DNA of 60,940 nucleotides, counting the filler, from Porpidia crustulata (Eukaryota): NCBI GenBank assembly GCA_964255105.1. It is 11 parts of 11 records of this genome, joined end to end, with 100 filler letters (N's around TTAATTAATTAA, not from the genome) between each part and the next. Parts side by side here need not be neighbours in the genome. Positions count along the whole stretch, not along the records: positions 49,981 to 55,410 come from CAXUWE010001812.1; positions 55,511 to 60,940 come from CAXUWE010001813.1; 9 more parts are not named here. One strand, written 5' to 3'. The notes below the pieces were generated by a model. The model ran no database searches. It was not told the DNA's origin and saw nothing but the letters and a program-made list of their open reading frames with translations. Made by a program: the position numbers and the translations under genes. Below are positions 50,588 to 60,940 of the stretch, piece by piece (positions within the stretch are counted from its first letter, which is position 1; each line of letters starts with the position of its first letter).

Positions 50588-52382
50588 AAATTTGGCCTTG
50601 CAAGTTCTCCTTTGATCTCTATCTCCTTTAGACCATTCAATCTTACTCCACACCCTCTAAATCCATGCCCTCTCAGTCCACAAACTTTCATTCCACACCC
50701 TATCGACCCATGTTCGCCCCATCCATATACATACAGCCCACTTTCCCTCCATCCAGACTCCTGCAGGTCAGATCCTTTCCATACACGCCGCCTGAATCCA
50801 TCCTAGTCCGTCAAAAGTGGTTAGTTTACTATTCATTTTAACCTCCATGATGATGAGCAATCGGCCGGGTGATAAGGGAGCAAAGCTTGTTTTCAAAGAC
50901 CTTAATGCAAGGAAAGCTCCTGATGGGAAAAGCAATCTTGGTTGCCATTGACTCCTTTCTTAGATCGTCCTATCAGTCCTATTGATTCGACTTTCACATG
51001 AATATTCTTAATCTCCTGGCATGGGGGGCATGTAGCATGATCTTCCAAGAAACCGATTTTCGCCTTGGTGTTTCAGCACTTTTTCTGCCAGTCCATCTCG
51101 CAACATATATTACGAACGAGCCCAAACCTCATCATCGGACCGATCAGTTTGAAGAGCTGCCTTGCGGTGTCGAAGCCGTCAAAGCATATACATTTCTGAC
51201 CTTTGACAGCGGTGAAACTAAATCGACAATTTTCATATATGTGCCTATTTACCTCTCTGGAGATTTGGCGAGGTAAGGCTTTGATCAGGTTGGATAATGG
51301 ATGTTGCGGCAAGCTGGCATTATGGGTGGCTCCACCAGATACGAGAGTATTAGGAACGCATAATCTGTATGCCTTTCGCTGAATCTAAACAAGAAGTATG
51401 TTGAAGGAGAACATTGTAGGACCATAATTCCTTGGTTCGTAGTGCAACATGCTTGACAGGTCGATAGACTATCTTTCAATCCTACTCCTCTAATTCACGT
51501 AATGGAACGTACGACAGCAAGAAAAAAACATTCTAGACGAAAGATAGGTTCCAGTCATTGTGTTGAAATTCGGCTGGATCATCTATTTGAATCTTATCGC
51601 CCTTAGAAGGTCATCGACACAGTATCAACGCGTTTGACTCAAAGCTTGTGCAGCAGCTTCATGTTGCAGCAAGCACAGTGACGTCCGATCGATAATATAT
51701 TAAGGATCCGTTGAAGGGCATTGTAAATGATCCGATTCAAGTGTACTAAGGGAGAAGATGAAATTATATAAACAGGGAAAGAAATTGCGCCCCTTCAGAG
51801 GCAGCTCAAAACACATACAAGCGCAGGATAGAAACACATCCTCGTGCTTGTCGCTGGAAGGTCTCATATAGATTTACTACTATGTGATGGCACCGAGAAA
51901 TTGGTTTGAGGATACCTAATGCTAGAGATTCAAGATAGGAGACTGCAGGCGGTTTCTGCGTAGAACACTGTTAGGTAGCTGACTAAAAAAGAGAGGAGAC
52001 AATGAGGGAAGGTGTTTTGTCACTCAGTATATCTCGGAACCTTCGAATCAGTCCATCTACACACATTTGTGAATTAAAGAGCGTCAAAAGAACAAGAAAA
52101 TAAGGGTCCATCTTAGCGGCATGCTCCGATGTATACGCCCAAAGTGCGTACATCTGATCCGACTTTCTTGTTAGGTCTCTGGTGGCTCGTGACTACTCTC
52201 ACGGAAGTGACTGAAGCATGTCAAAAGTACGTCCGGGCCTCAATATCCAAGGCTTGAATATTTCCCTGTATCACAGGAACTCTCTAGCTTACCTGGGACT
52301 CCAAGCAACAAACGCCCAGCCAAAACCTTTACCGGACCTTTTCAAAGTAAACGAGTTCGAGTTTCAAGCATTCTAGAACGCC

Positions 52383-52975
52383 ATGTCGGGCCAAAGGCGA
52401 ATCACCAAAGTATGCTATTGGTGCTAATCATTGTTTGAGCGTGCTGATGCTGCCCCAGGAATTTGCAGAGCTTCAGAAAAACCCGGTTGAGGGCATGCAG
52501 ACCTCCCTGATAGCGGAATCAGACATCTACAAATGGCAAATTCTGATAGCCGGTCCGAAGGAATCTCCATACGCTGTACGTTCTGCAGCTTCTGCTATGA
52601 TATTGCCTTAGCTCATGGCAGAGCATCAAGGCTAATTGACACCCTACGCTTCAGGGTGGCCTCTTTACACTACACCTCACTCTTCCCACCGATTACCCTT
52701 TTAAACCTCCCACGCTCAACTTTCAAACGAAAATCTACCATCCCAACGTCACCAACGATGACAAAGGCAGCATGTGCTTGGGTATGCTTCGCGCTGACGA
52801 ATGGAAACCGTCGTCCAAGATCGAAGCTGTGCTGAAGTTTGCTCGCCAATTGCTCGTTGAGCCTCAGCCCGATGATGCTGTGGAGGCAGCTATCGGGAAC
52901 CAATACAAGCAGGATCAAAAGGCGTTTGTGAAGCAGGCAAAGGACTGGACGAAGAGGCACGCGGGTAAGGCATGA
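52383..52975 (+). CDS. Ubiquitin-conjugating enzyme E2 (UBE2L3/Ubc14-like)
   Basis: Exons 52383-52409, 52459-52576, 52654-52975: MSGQRRITKE, GPKESPYAGG, YPFKPP, KIYHPN, SMCL (active Cys), WKPS. Confidence 0.93.
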
Positions 52976-53940
52976 GTAATATTGGGCGTTACAGATGGTG
53001 AAAAGAGAACGGTCTGAATCCTGAATACTGGCGGCATCATTTGGCGTCAGGACTATTCAAGCGGGTGTATATCGCTACATTGGAGTCAACAAGAGCTGAG
53101 CTAAGTGCAAGACGAAATAGATGATATGTGTGCTTAACCACACGATAATGATATTGTTACGTTGAAGCCTCAAGTAGCGTCAGGATTGAGTAGGAAAGCG
53201 TGCAAAGTTGTCTGAATATGAAACAGTATTGTTTTGGATGCGTCAGTAGCCGTACAAGCATAGCCACCCCAGAGTTGGGAAAGTTCACGGAAGGATTATG
53301 CGATACCAACGTAGGAGATAGACGCTGGTTCTTTGTTCGAACGTCATATCATATCAAAGCCTTATAAAACGGTTGATACCGTGAGGATTTAGTGAGAGTG
53401 CAGGTGATTACTTTTTCAATCGTCAGGGAAAGGAGGACTCGGTGATGGGTCTTCCTCGGATATAAACGGAGATATCCGATGCGATGCGACAAATACTCCA
53501 CCGAGTTCAGGTACCACAACGGCTGTGTTTATACAGCCACTCCAGCATCAAAAGCTGTCTTTGCATTTGCTGGCGTGACATTCACTGCTGGGCAGTGGTT
53601 CTGTGATCTCCTTGCGAGCCTGTAATTATCGACAGCGAGCAAGCCTGACGAGCGTACCTCACACCTCAGCCACCAATCCAACACATCTCATTCGCTGTTT
53701 CCTCCGACGCCAACACTAATGGTAAGCTCAGTGGCTCGCAAAAGACGCCGTCAGGTACCCCTAAGCTATCTTTACCATTACTCAGCAAGGCGTCCAATAT
53801 AATTTGCTCGAGATCCAGGGATTGGATAATCGTGCTGATTGGATTTCCACTATCGAGAATTCGAGAGTCTTTGGTTGGCGCGAAGGACGCTCAGCCGCAA
53901 CCGTTAGAACAATTAGTTTCGAGAGAGTCGCACAAGCATA

Positions 53941-55410
53941 ATGTCCATATTTCTGTCATCATTGTTGCTGCTGTCGTCGTCCATTTTGTTTTTAGGAGAT
54001 GTGTCGGTAGGGTTTGGGTTTCCTGTCATTTTCGAGGCATATGACAATGGCTAAACCTCTTGTTGTTGATCCGAGTCAAGGCTGGTATTTTCCCCTCAAC
54101 ACTCGGACACCTAGTCAGCACTAGCCTAACCACGACTGACCTTTCGAATGATAGGGATGGCAATGATGGACCTTGGTCTTCCTTTTTCATACGCGTTGGG
54201 AATCCAGCGCAGAATCTCAGAGTCCTAGCATCAACCACGGTGCCAGAGACATGGGTTGTCCTGAACGTGGGCTGTACTGATCAGGATTTGACGGGTTGTA
54301 ATGTTGCGCGGGGCTCACTGTTCAATCCCAATACGTCTACGACATGGAAAGATCAGGGACTGTTTGCGCTTGGTGTGGAGATAAACCTCCCTTATACTGG
54401 AAACTATGACAACGGTCACTATGGGTACGATACTCTGGGACTCGGGGTACAGGCGAGCGGCGTGACTGTGGATGATTCGGTCGTTGCAGGCGTTGCGACG
54501 AAAGATTTCTTTCTAGGAAATCTTGGTCTTACCCCGAGACCTGTCAACTTTACGCAATTCAACGATCCGAAACCTAGCCTTCTTACCAATCTAAGGAACA
54601 GGAACCAAATACCGAGCCTATCGTATGGGTACTCTGCAGGAGCGAAATACCGTAAGAGGCACGTTCACATTACGATTCTTCAGCTTATCCCCCACAGGTC
54701 TAAAGCAGGTCGATGCTACCCTTACTCTTGGCGGCTACGATCAGTCACGCTTTGTTCCCAATAACGTCTCCTTTAACTTCGCCTCGGATATCTCCCGCGA
54801 CCTTGTCGTCGGCCTGCAGTCTATTCAATATTCCGCTGACGGGAAAACGCAAAATCTCCTGCCAGGCGGTGGTATACTTACCTTCATTGACTCTACAGTC
54901 CCCCACATCTGGCTTCCTCTCGACGCCTGCAAAGCCTTTGAGAAGGCATTTGGCCTCATACACGACAACGCCACCGATCTGTACCTGGTTTCCGACTCTC
55001 AACACAATACCCTGAAAGCACAGAACGCATCCGTCAGCTTCGTTCTCGGCAACGACGTCCGAGGCGGACAGACCGTTAACCTCGTTCTCCCCTACGCTAG
55101 CTTCGATCTCCAACTTACGCAATTCTATCCCGGCATCAACCAATCCACCCAATACTTCCCTCTCCGGCGCGCCGCCAATGACAGCCAATACACGCTCGGC
55201 CGCACCTTCCTCCAAGAAACCTACCTCACCGTCGACTACGAACGTCTCAACTTCAGCATCTCCCAAACCGTCTTCCAAAACAACCTCGCCCAGCAAATCA
55301 CCCCAATTGTCTCCATAAACACCACCACCAACGGCACCATCACCAAAACCCCCCAAAACCCCCCCCCCACCCCCCAACAACGTGCCCGCGCCCCCGCCCG
55401 CATACACAAT
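53941..55410 (+). CDS. Pepsin-like (A1) aspartic protease homologue, probably non-catalytic; 5' structure unresolved, 3' truncated
   Basis: PSQGW-DGNDGPWSSF..VGNPAQ, VLASTT, GYDTLGL, LGNLGL, IPSLSYGYSAGA, LTLGGYD, IDSTVPHIWLP, TLGRTFLQETYL. Confidence 0.85.
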
Positions 55411-55837
55411 NNNNNNNNNNNNNNNNNNNNNNNNNNNNNNNNNNNNNNNNNNNNTTAATTAATTAANNNNNNNNNNNNNNNNNNNNNNNNNNNNNNNNNN
55501 NNNNNNNNNNCATTTTTCTCCTATCTGTGTTTGATCAGATGGATGATTGATCCGTAAATGAGGAAATTTGTGAGCTTGCTATAGCTAGACACACTACATC
55601 CAATCTCCAACATACTTTACAATGCCGCAGGGCATCCTTCCGAACTGAAACCCCAGCATCTTACAAAGCACCTTTTCTCTTCGCAAGCTTTCGCAGTCAA
55701 TACATAAATCCTCACACACAATGGTATCATAGTCCTACCCATAACGCCCACTTCTGAAGAAAAATGAAGAATTTACTCCTGGAAGTGCGTTGTAAAAAGT
55801 CCACCCTCACTTGTACGAATTCCACCAGAAGCAATCA

Positions 55838-57983
55838 TCATGTATGTTTTCTCTCCTGGTGGAGACCAGGTCGAAAGCCTGGCAGAGGCGGAAAGCCATA
55901 CTCTCTAACCTTCCTGACCTCTTCGGTGCCCTTTCCCCGACTCCCTCGAGCTGGTGGGCCAACTACATTCTCCCTCGATGAAGACGGTGCAGCTTGTAGG
56001 GGCAGGCCGAAATTGATTGGCCTAGCCAACATCCTTTGCGTCATCTGAGCTGTATTACCGAAAGCGTTGGCATGAACAGGGTTGATACCTCCAGATGCCG
56101 GGAATTTGTGAGCACGATTGGAGAGATGGGTGTAGAGCTGAGATGTCGCGTGGGCTTGTGCTGCCGGTATTATGGTGTTGATGGAAATTCCTGCTTCTGC
56201 AAAGAGACGCTGGAGAGTAGCGGCCTTGTCAGCTTGAGAGGTAGCTAGGAGAAATCCTAGATTATCACGGCCGCCTGCCTCATCAGCAGTGAGCTCCTTG
56301 ATTATACATTGCAAAGTAGCGTTGATGTCAATATCCGGCTGCAATGTTGTTTCTTGGATTTCAGGCTCAGTCGCATCGTCTGGCACATCTATGGATCCGT
56401 CGTCATCATTGTCCATCAGAGATTTCCCACTTGCGAATTTCAGAAATGCATCAATCTGATGGAGCGTCAGTGGCCCAGCAGGGCTTGCTTGATAAGTATT
56501 TAGCTCGATTGATTCTGCTGTTTGGCCGCCATTAATACTCTTCGCATCGATCGTGGCACCCATTGAAGGCGGCGGGTTGCCATATGGTGTTACGTAATGG
56601 CCTAGACTGCTTTCGCTAAATTCGCTCAGAATTAGAGTTGCTGCGTTGAGAGCTTTTATGGCTTCATTTGACTGTTGGTGATTGTTTATGCAGGAGCCAT
56701 TCATTGCTCCCCCGCGAATCCCGGAAGCACGGGAAAATGAACCAGGGGTTCCTGCGCTCCTTGAAGCACGACGACTACCCATGCCGGTAGAGGTAGAAGC
56801 CGCAGTGCTCGTAGGACTCGTAAGACCAGATTCGATATCGACAGCTCGGTCGTTACTTTGCATGAGGTCAATAGCTTCGACAACATTGGAGTCTTTGCTA
56901 AGAATTCGTAGAGCTTCTACAAAGGGTCTTGAGTCAATTGTACTGTCCTTGAGAGCGGAACTCAGCACTGTTGCTGCTTCCAGGTTACTTTCTCCGTCAA
57001 CCTCATTGCGTAGGCCTTGCAAAGTATTGATGAGGAGCGTTCCGGCGGCGTTAATTTCGTCCAGGTAATTTACGTCATGGACCGGGAAAAGGTTGTGCAC
57101 AGTTTCTGGACCGAGACCGAGGTGCGGAGACTGGGCTTGATGGCTTTCCCTGCTGATACGTCTAGCCTTTCGTTTCTTAAATTCAGCTTTCATAAATTCC
57201 GTCTTCTCGGCTGATGGGTTCATGCCATAAAGTTTCTTGGCACGCGAATTGATTCGACAACGTAAATCGTTGTCATGATCTGGTTCAAGGACGTATTGTC
57301 AGATAATGCTGCGAAAGTAATCTGAGGGTAGCCGTACTCTCCTCGATGTGCTCACTTCTCCATCTCCTTTTTCGGTCACGCTGTTCGTCTTTTTTTCTGT
57401 CAAAATTCGAGAACACGGGAATCTCACCGTCATTATTGTTGCGGTCGTTTAGCCCAGGTGGATGAGATGACGGCCTGCATAATATTTCGTCATGACCAAG
57501 ATGGACCTCCACGGGGACTTGTCCTTCCCGGTGAATACGACATATCATTTCAGCAACCCAGCTCGCTAACTGGGAAGCATCAGCTGGAGCAGTTGACATG
57601 TCTATTTTCTCATCCAAGAACTGCGTGCGGACTGGTGGATCCCCATCAATTCCTAATGTAGGCTGACCTTTTATGGGCGTAGGGCCTGATCTGGATATGA
57701 CGCCGCAAGACGATCTTGGATCTTGTGTTGGTTTTGAGATTTTATCTTGCTCACTCGAATCTACAACCCCAACTTCTGAGAGCTTTGGATTTTCTTTCTT
57801 GCTGGCATCTGAGTCGGAAGCTTGGCTAATGCTCTCTGATTTAGGCTGGTCAACAGCTTTCATATTTGAAGTCTTTAGACTTAATGCATTGCTACTAGAG
57901 ACCGTGTTGCCTGTCTTGACACGCTTGACGCGATGACCTGTACCTTCAAGCTCATCCTCAGCAGCTCTGGCACGCACCACCAT
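55838..57983 (-). CDS. DUF3020-domain protein (basic helical domain, probably nuclear)
   Basis: Splicing intron 57337-57280 gives RDRKRRWRSEHIEE-NHDNDLRCRINSRAKKLYG..EFKKRKARR; C-terminal GFPPLPG. Confidence 0.75.
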
Positions 57984-58624
57984 TGCAAAAATTGCGAAGA
58001 TCCTTGACTTAGCTCTTGATTTTACTGACCAGGATATCCTGTGAAATATTAGATGAGGTTAAATGAGGATGTGTTGACCTCGAGAATGTCATGGAGGTAG
58101 GCTGTTAGATATGGCAGATAATTTGTAGGTTAACCGAGACTAGGGCTATTTCTGCGTTGTGTGAAAGACAGGGTCGTTGACTTCGAGGTTGATACTGCAA
58201 GATACTAATAACTAAATCCTCCTTATCATGCATGGAAAATGGTAACAGAGAAATTCTACATTTGTCCCACATTGAGTCATTGTGTTTCCTTCAATGTAAA
58301 ATTTCAAGTCATCTCTATTGTCCACAGAGGTTGGAAAGGGTCAGAGAACTCAGACTTCTTAGGACTCAGCTAGAATCCTGAGGGTAGTCTCAAGCCGCCA
58401 ACTTGAGGGTGCCCTTTAGTCCTCGACATAGGCAAGTAATATAAGCCCAGCAGCGATTGAAATTATGGGTTGGTGATTCTTGCCATTGAGGTCCTGTCCA
58501 AAAAGGAAATAAGAAACGGACTTAAAATCGGCCCGAACTTTTTCCAGGGAAGCCGCGTCGACAAAGTGAACATCTGTCTTGAGACTATACATCTTTCTTC
58601 CAGTTGTAAGGTCATTTGCACAAC

Positions 58625-59660
58625 ATGCAGCTCCCAAGACAATTGCTGTCTGTCTTTCTAGTTCTGTGTACCGTGATTTTGGCTGTTTCAGCCTCATCAT
58701 GGACTTTTGATGAAGCATCTGTCTCTGTCCATGGCAAGAAGGCTGGGGTAGGGGGGGGTCCAAAAGAGAAGTCTGCTTCTCATTGACACAGCTAACCAAA
58801 TTATAGCTGACATACACTCATCTTAGACTATTGCCCAATAAAGCCCTATCAAAGCCTATCACATTGGCGGCATCGGACACACTGAAAGTACTACTGACGA
58901 CGAAAGAGGATAACAAGCCAAAGCGCCCGCATCAAGTCTTCCTACTAGTCAAAGATTCCAGCAGTAGCCTTCAGACCTCATTCGCGTTTTCTGTTAAGGA
59001 TAGTGGAAAGGGCAAAGTCGAGCTAGTATGTCTTCATACCTTGGAAATTTGACAGCCGTAACTGATTTTTGCTTGCTAGGCACACAAGGACATCCCCCTT
59101 CAGTTACTCGTATCTTCCACACCTCTCAAAGCTTCCTTAGTCATTGCATCTTTTGGCTCCTCAAAGCCTTACGAAAGCGCTGCTTTTGACTTGAAGATTG
59201 AAGTCGACCCCAGTTCTCCTGTTGCATCACCTGGAAAGCCACTGCGTTACGGAAAGCTTCCTGAGATCCATCATATATTCAAGATAGATCCTACGAGCCC
59301 GCCAAAGCTTATCACAGTCGTGTTTACGGCTGCCGTCGTTGCAGCCCTACCGCTTCTTCTAGTCACGGTATGTCGTAAATGTCGAACGTCAGAGAAATGC
59401 TGCTAATAGGGTGTTTCAAGTGGCTCTCCCTTGGAGCCAACCTCAACCACCTATCACAAGCTTTGCAAAGCTCGCCAATACCACATGTCGTGTTCTTCCT
59501 TTCCATCATCGCCATGGAAGGGCTATTCTTCTTGTACTACACCTCGTGGAAATTATTCGAGATCCTGCCGGGAGCAGCGTCGATTGGGTTAATTACTTTT
59601 CTAAGTGGAAGCCGGGCACTAGGCGAGGTTCAAGCACGAAGACTCGCAGGTCTAAGATGA
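58625..59660 (+). CDS. SWP1: Oligosaccharyltransferase subunit ribophorin II / delta
   Basis: Signal peptide MQLPRQLLSVFLVLC; SSWTFDEASVSV; KRPHQVFLL; RYGKLPEIHHIFK; three TM segments; SGSRALGEVQARR. Introns 58771-58826, 59027-59079, 59368-59420. Confidence 0.93.
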
Positions 59661-60940
59661 TGCTCAGTCAGACGTCATGAGACTAGTCCAGAAGGGCCAG
59701 ATCTATTGAGAAGAAAACCATAGGTACAGGCAACTCAACCACTTTCGATTTCGGCAAAAGTTTTCAGATATACCCATTCCAGATTTTATATAAGTTGGTT
59801 ATCTCATCGATTTGATAGGGAGCTCATTGGCGGGTAAAAATAATTGTTTTGCTCGTCTTTAAAAAAGTCAGGTCATCATGGTGTATCAGGCCCGTGTAGG
59901 CTATTTAACGAAGGAGTAGTATTCGGTGTCAATCGTCAAAAATTTCTGGCACGTACGCAGTGTCTGTGAATTCTTTGGCCTTTTTTCTATGAATCCCTTT
60001 CTTCTCAAGTACACATACAGCAGGAGCATCAAAAGAACAACGAGAAAAGATATCTTTTTCGTCAAGTCATTATCGATGTGGACAAGCCTCGCAATTATCT
60101 CGATTCGTGGAGAGCAGAAAAACCCTCTTCAAAGCTGCTACGCTGATGCTGAGCATACTCAAAGTCGAATTTGCATGTTTAGCTCATATCGACCTATGAC
60201 GTTTTTTGGCGGAAGTGATAAGTGAGGCACCGTTGGGAGCTCTTGAGGCACGATCAGCACATTTCCTTGGGTAATACAAAACTGAGACATACTCGTTGCA
60301 ATACTGCCGATTGATAACGACCCCTGCTGCAGTTTAGTAACCGTGTACTTTTCACTTGATGGTTACACCAACATTCTATCTCGGCTAAAGGCTTCGTAGC
60401 ACCGTGCTCCAAGATTCTCTTCAATTTCGCGAGTTTGCTTTCTCTACAAGTGTATTCAGCGTCGGAGACATAACGAAAGCTTTGATCTTGACTTCTGTCA
60501 CCAAATCGAGCGCGAAAGCACTGACCTGCGCTGTGCCTTCATATCTTCCACCTCGTTGACTTTCTGTATTATTTCCAGTTGAGTGTCCATTAGTGTCGCA
60601 CGCCTGGATCTAGCCTTTGTCTTCCCGAGGTTTATCCATAGCGGACTGAAAGCACAGATACCCAAAGCTGCTGCCTGGTATATGTTTTGTAATTTGCTCA
60701 ACCCTAGTCACGCGGTTGGCTCAAATCCGACGGGTCCTACATTTTTAGCTCACGGAGCCTGTGTGCACGTAGAGCATCCGACTTGAAAAACGTAATATCA
60801 TGAAAGACCATATGCAGGAATGCTTAAATTCGAAGTAGACAGTCGTAGCCCAGGATCGCACTCCTACCCCTACAGATATGTGACGTAGAAACGACTTTTA
60901 TACATCCATCCCCAATCCTAATTCCCGTGCGCTTCCAGAT

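Noticed and set aside
5466..55510. Regularly spaced TTAATTAATTAA repeats as a CRISPR-like or biological array
   Set aside because: Always centred in N44 blocks; a synthetic six-frame stop linker.
44448..59660. Apparent ER protein-biogenesis cluster (UGGT, SEC11, SWP1)
   Set aside because: The three genes are on separate size-sorted contigs.
60380..60786. Possible degraded gene fragment on the minus strand
   Set aside because: Short, stop-interrupted, and no motif I can recognise.

Overview
Fungal (Pezizomycotina-type ascomycete) nuclear DNA with short spliceosomal introns. The window is not one locus. It is 11 contigs of 5.43-5.47 kb, ordered by decreasing length and joined by an artificial 100-nt spacer (44 N + TTAATTAATTAA + 44 N), so gene adjacency across spacers carries no biological meaning. 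Most genes are housekeeping: an OSCA/TMEM63 (DUF221) channel, a cation/Ca2+ exchanger, an M19 dipeptidase, a Puf4/5-type Pumilio, PRS1, an SDR, VTC4, a sterol-glucosyltransferase-like GT1, a Pirh2-like CHY-RING protein, UGGT/KRE5, SEC11, an E2, a pepsin-like protein, a DUF3020 protein and SWP1. I found no convincing new multi-gene system. The best leads are: a decayed hydrolase-NB-ARC fungal NLR-like gene with TAA/TAG stops next to a MITE-like element; a patatin gene with a GC-AG intron and an apparent frameshift; a GT1 carrying a tail of UIM-like repeats; a pepsin homologue lacking its first catalytic Asp; a cluster of Pho4-type sites upstream of VTC4; a small Cys-rich ORF; and several micro-exons. 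Family calls rest on motif recognition only; no database searches were run.
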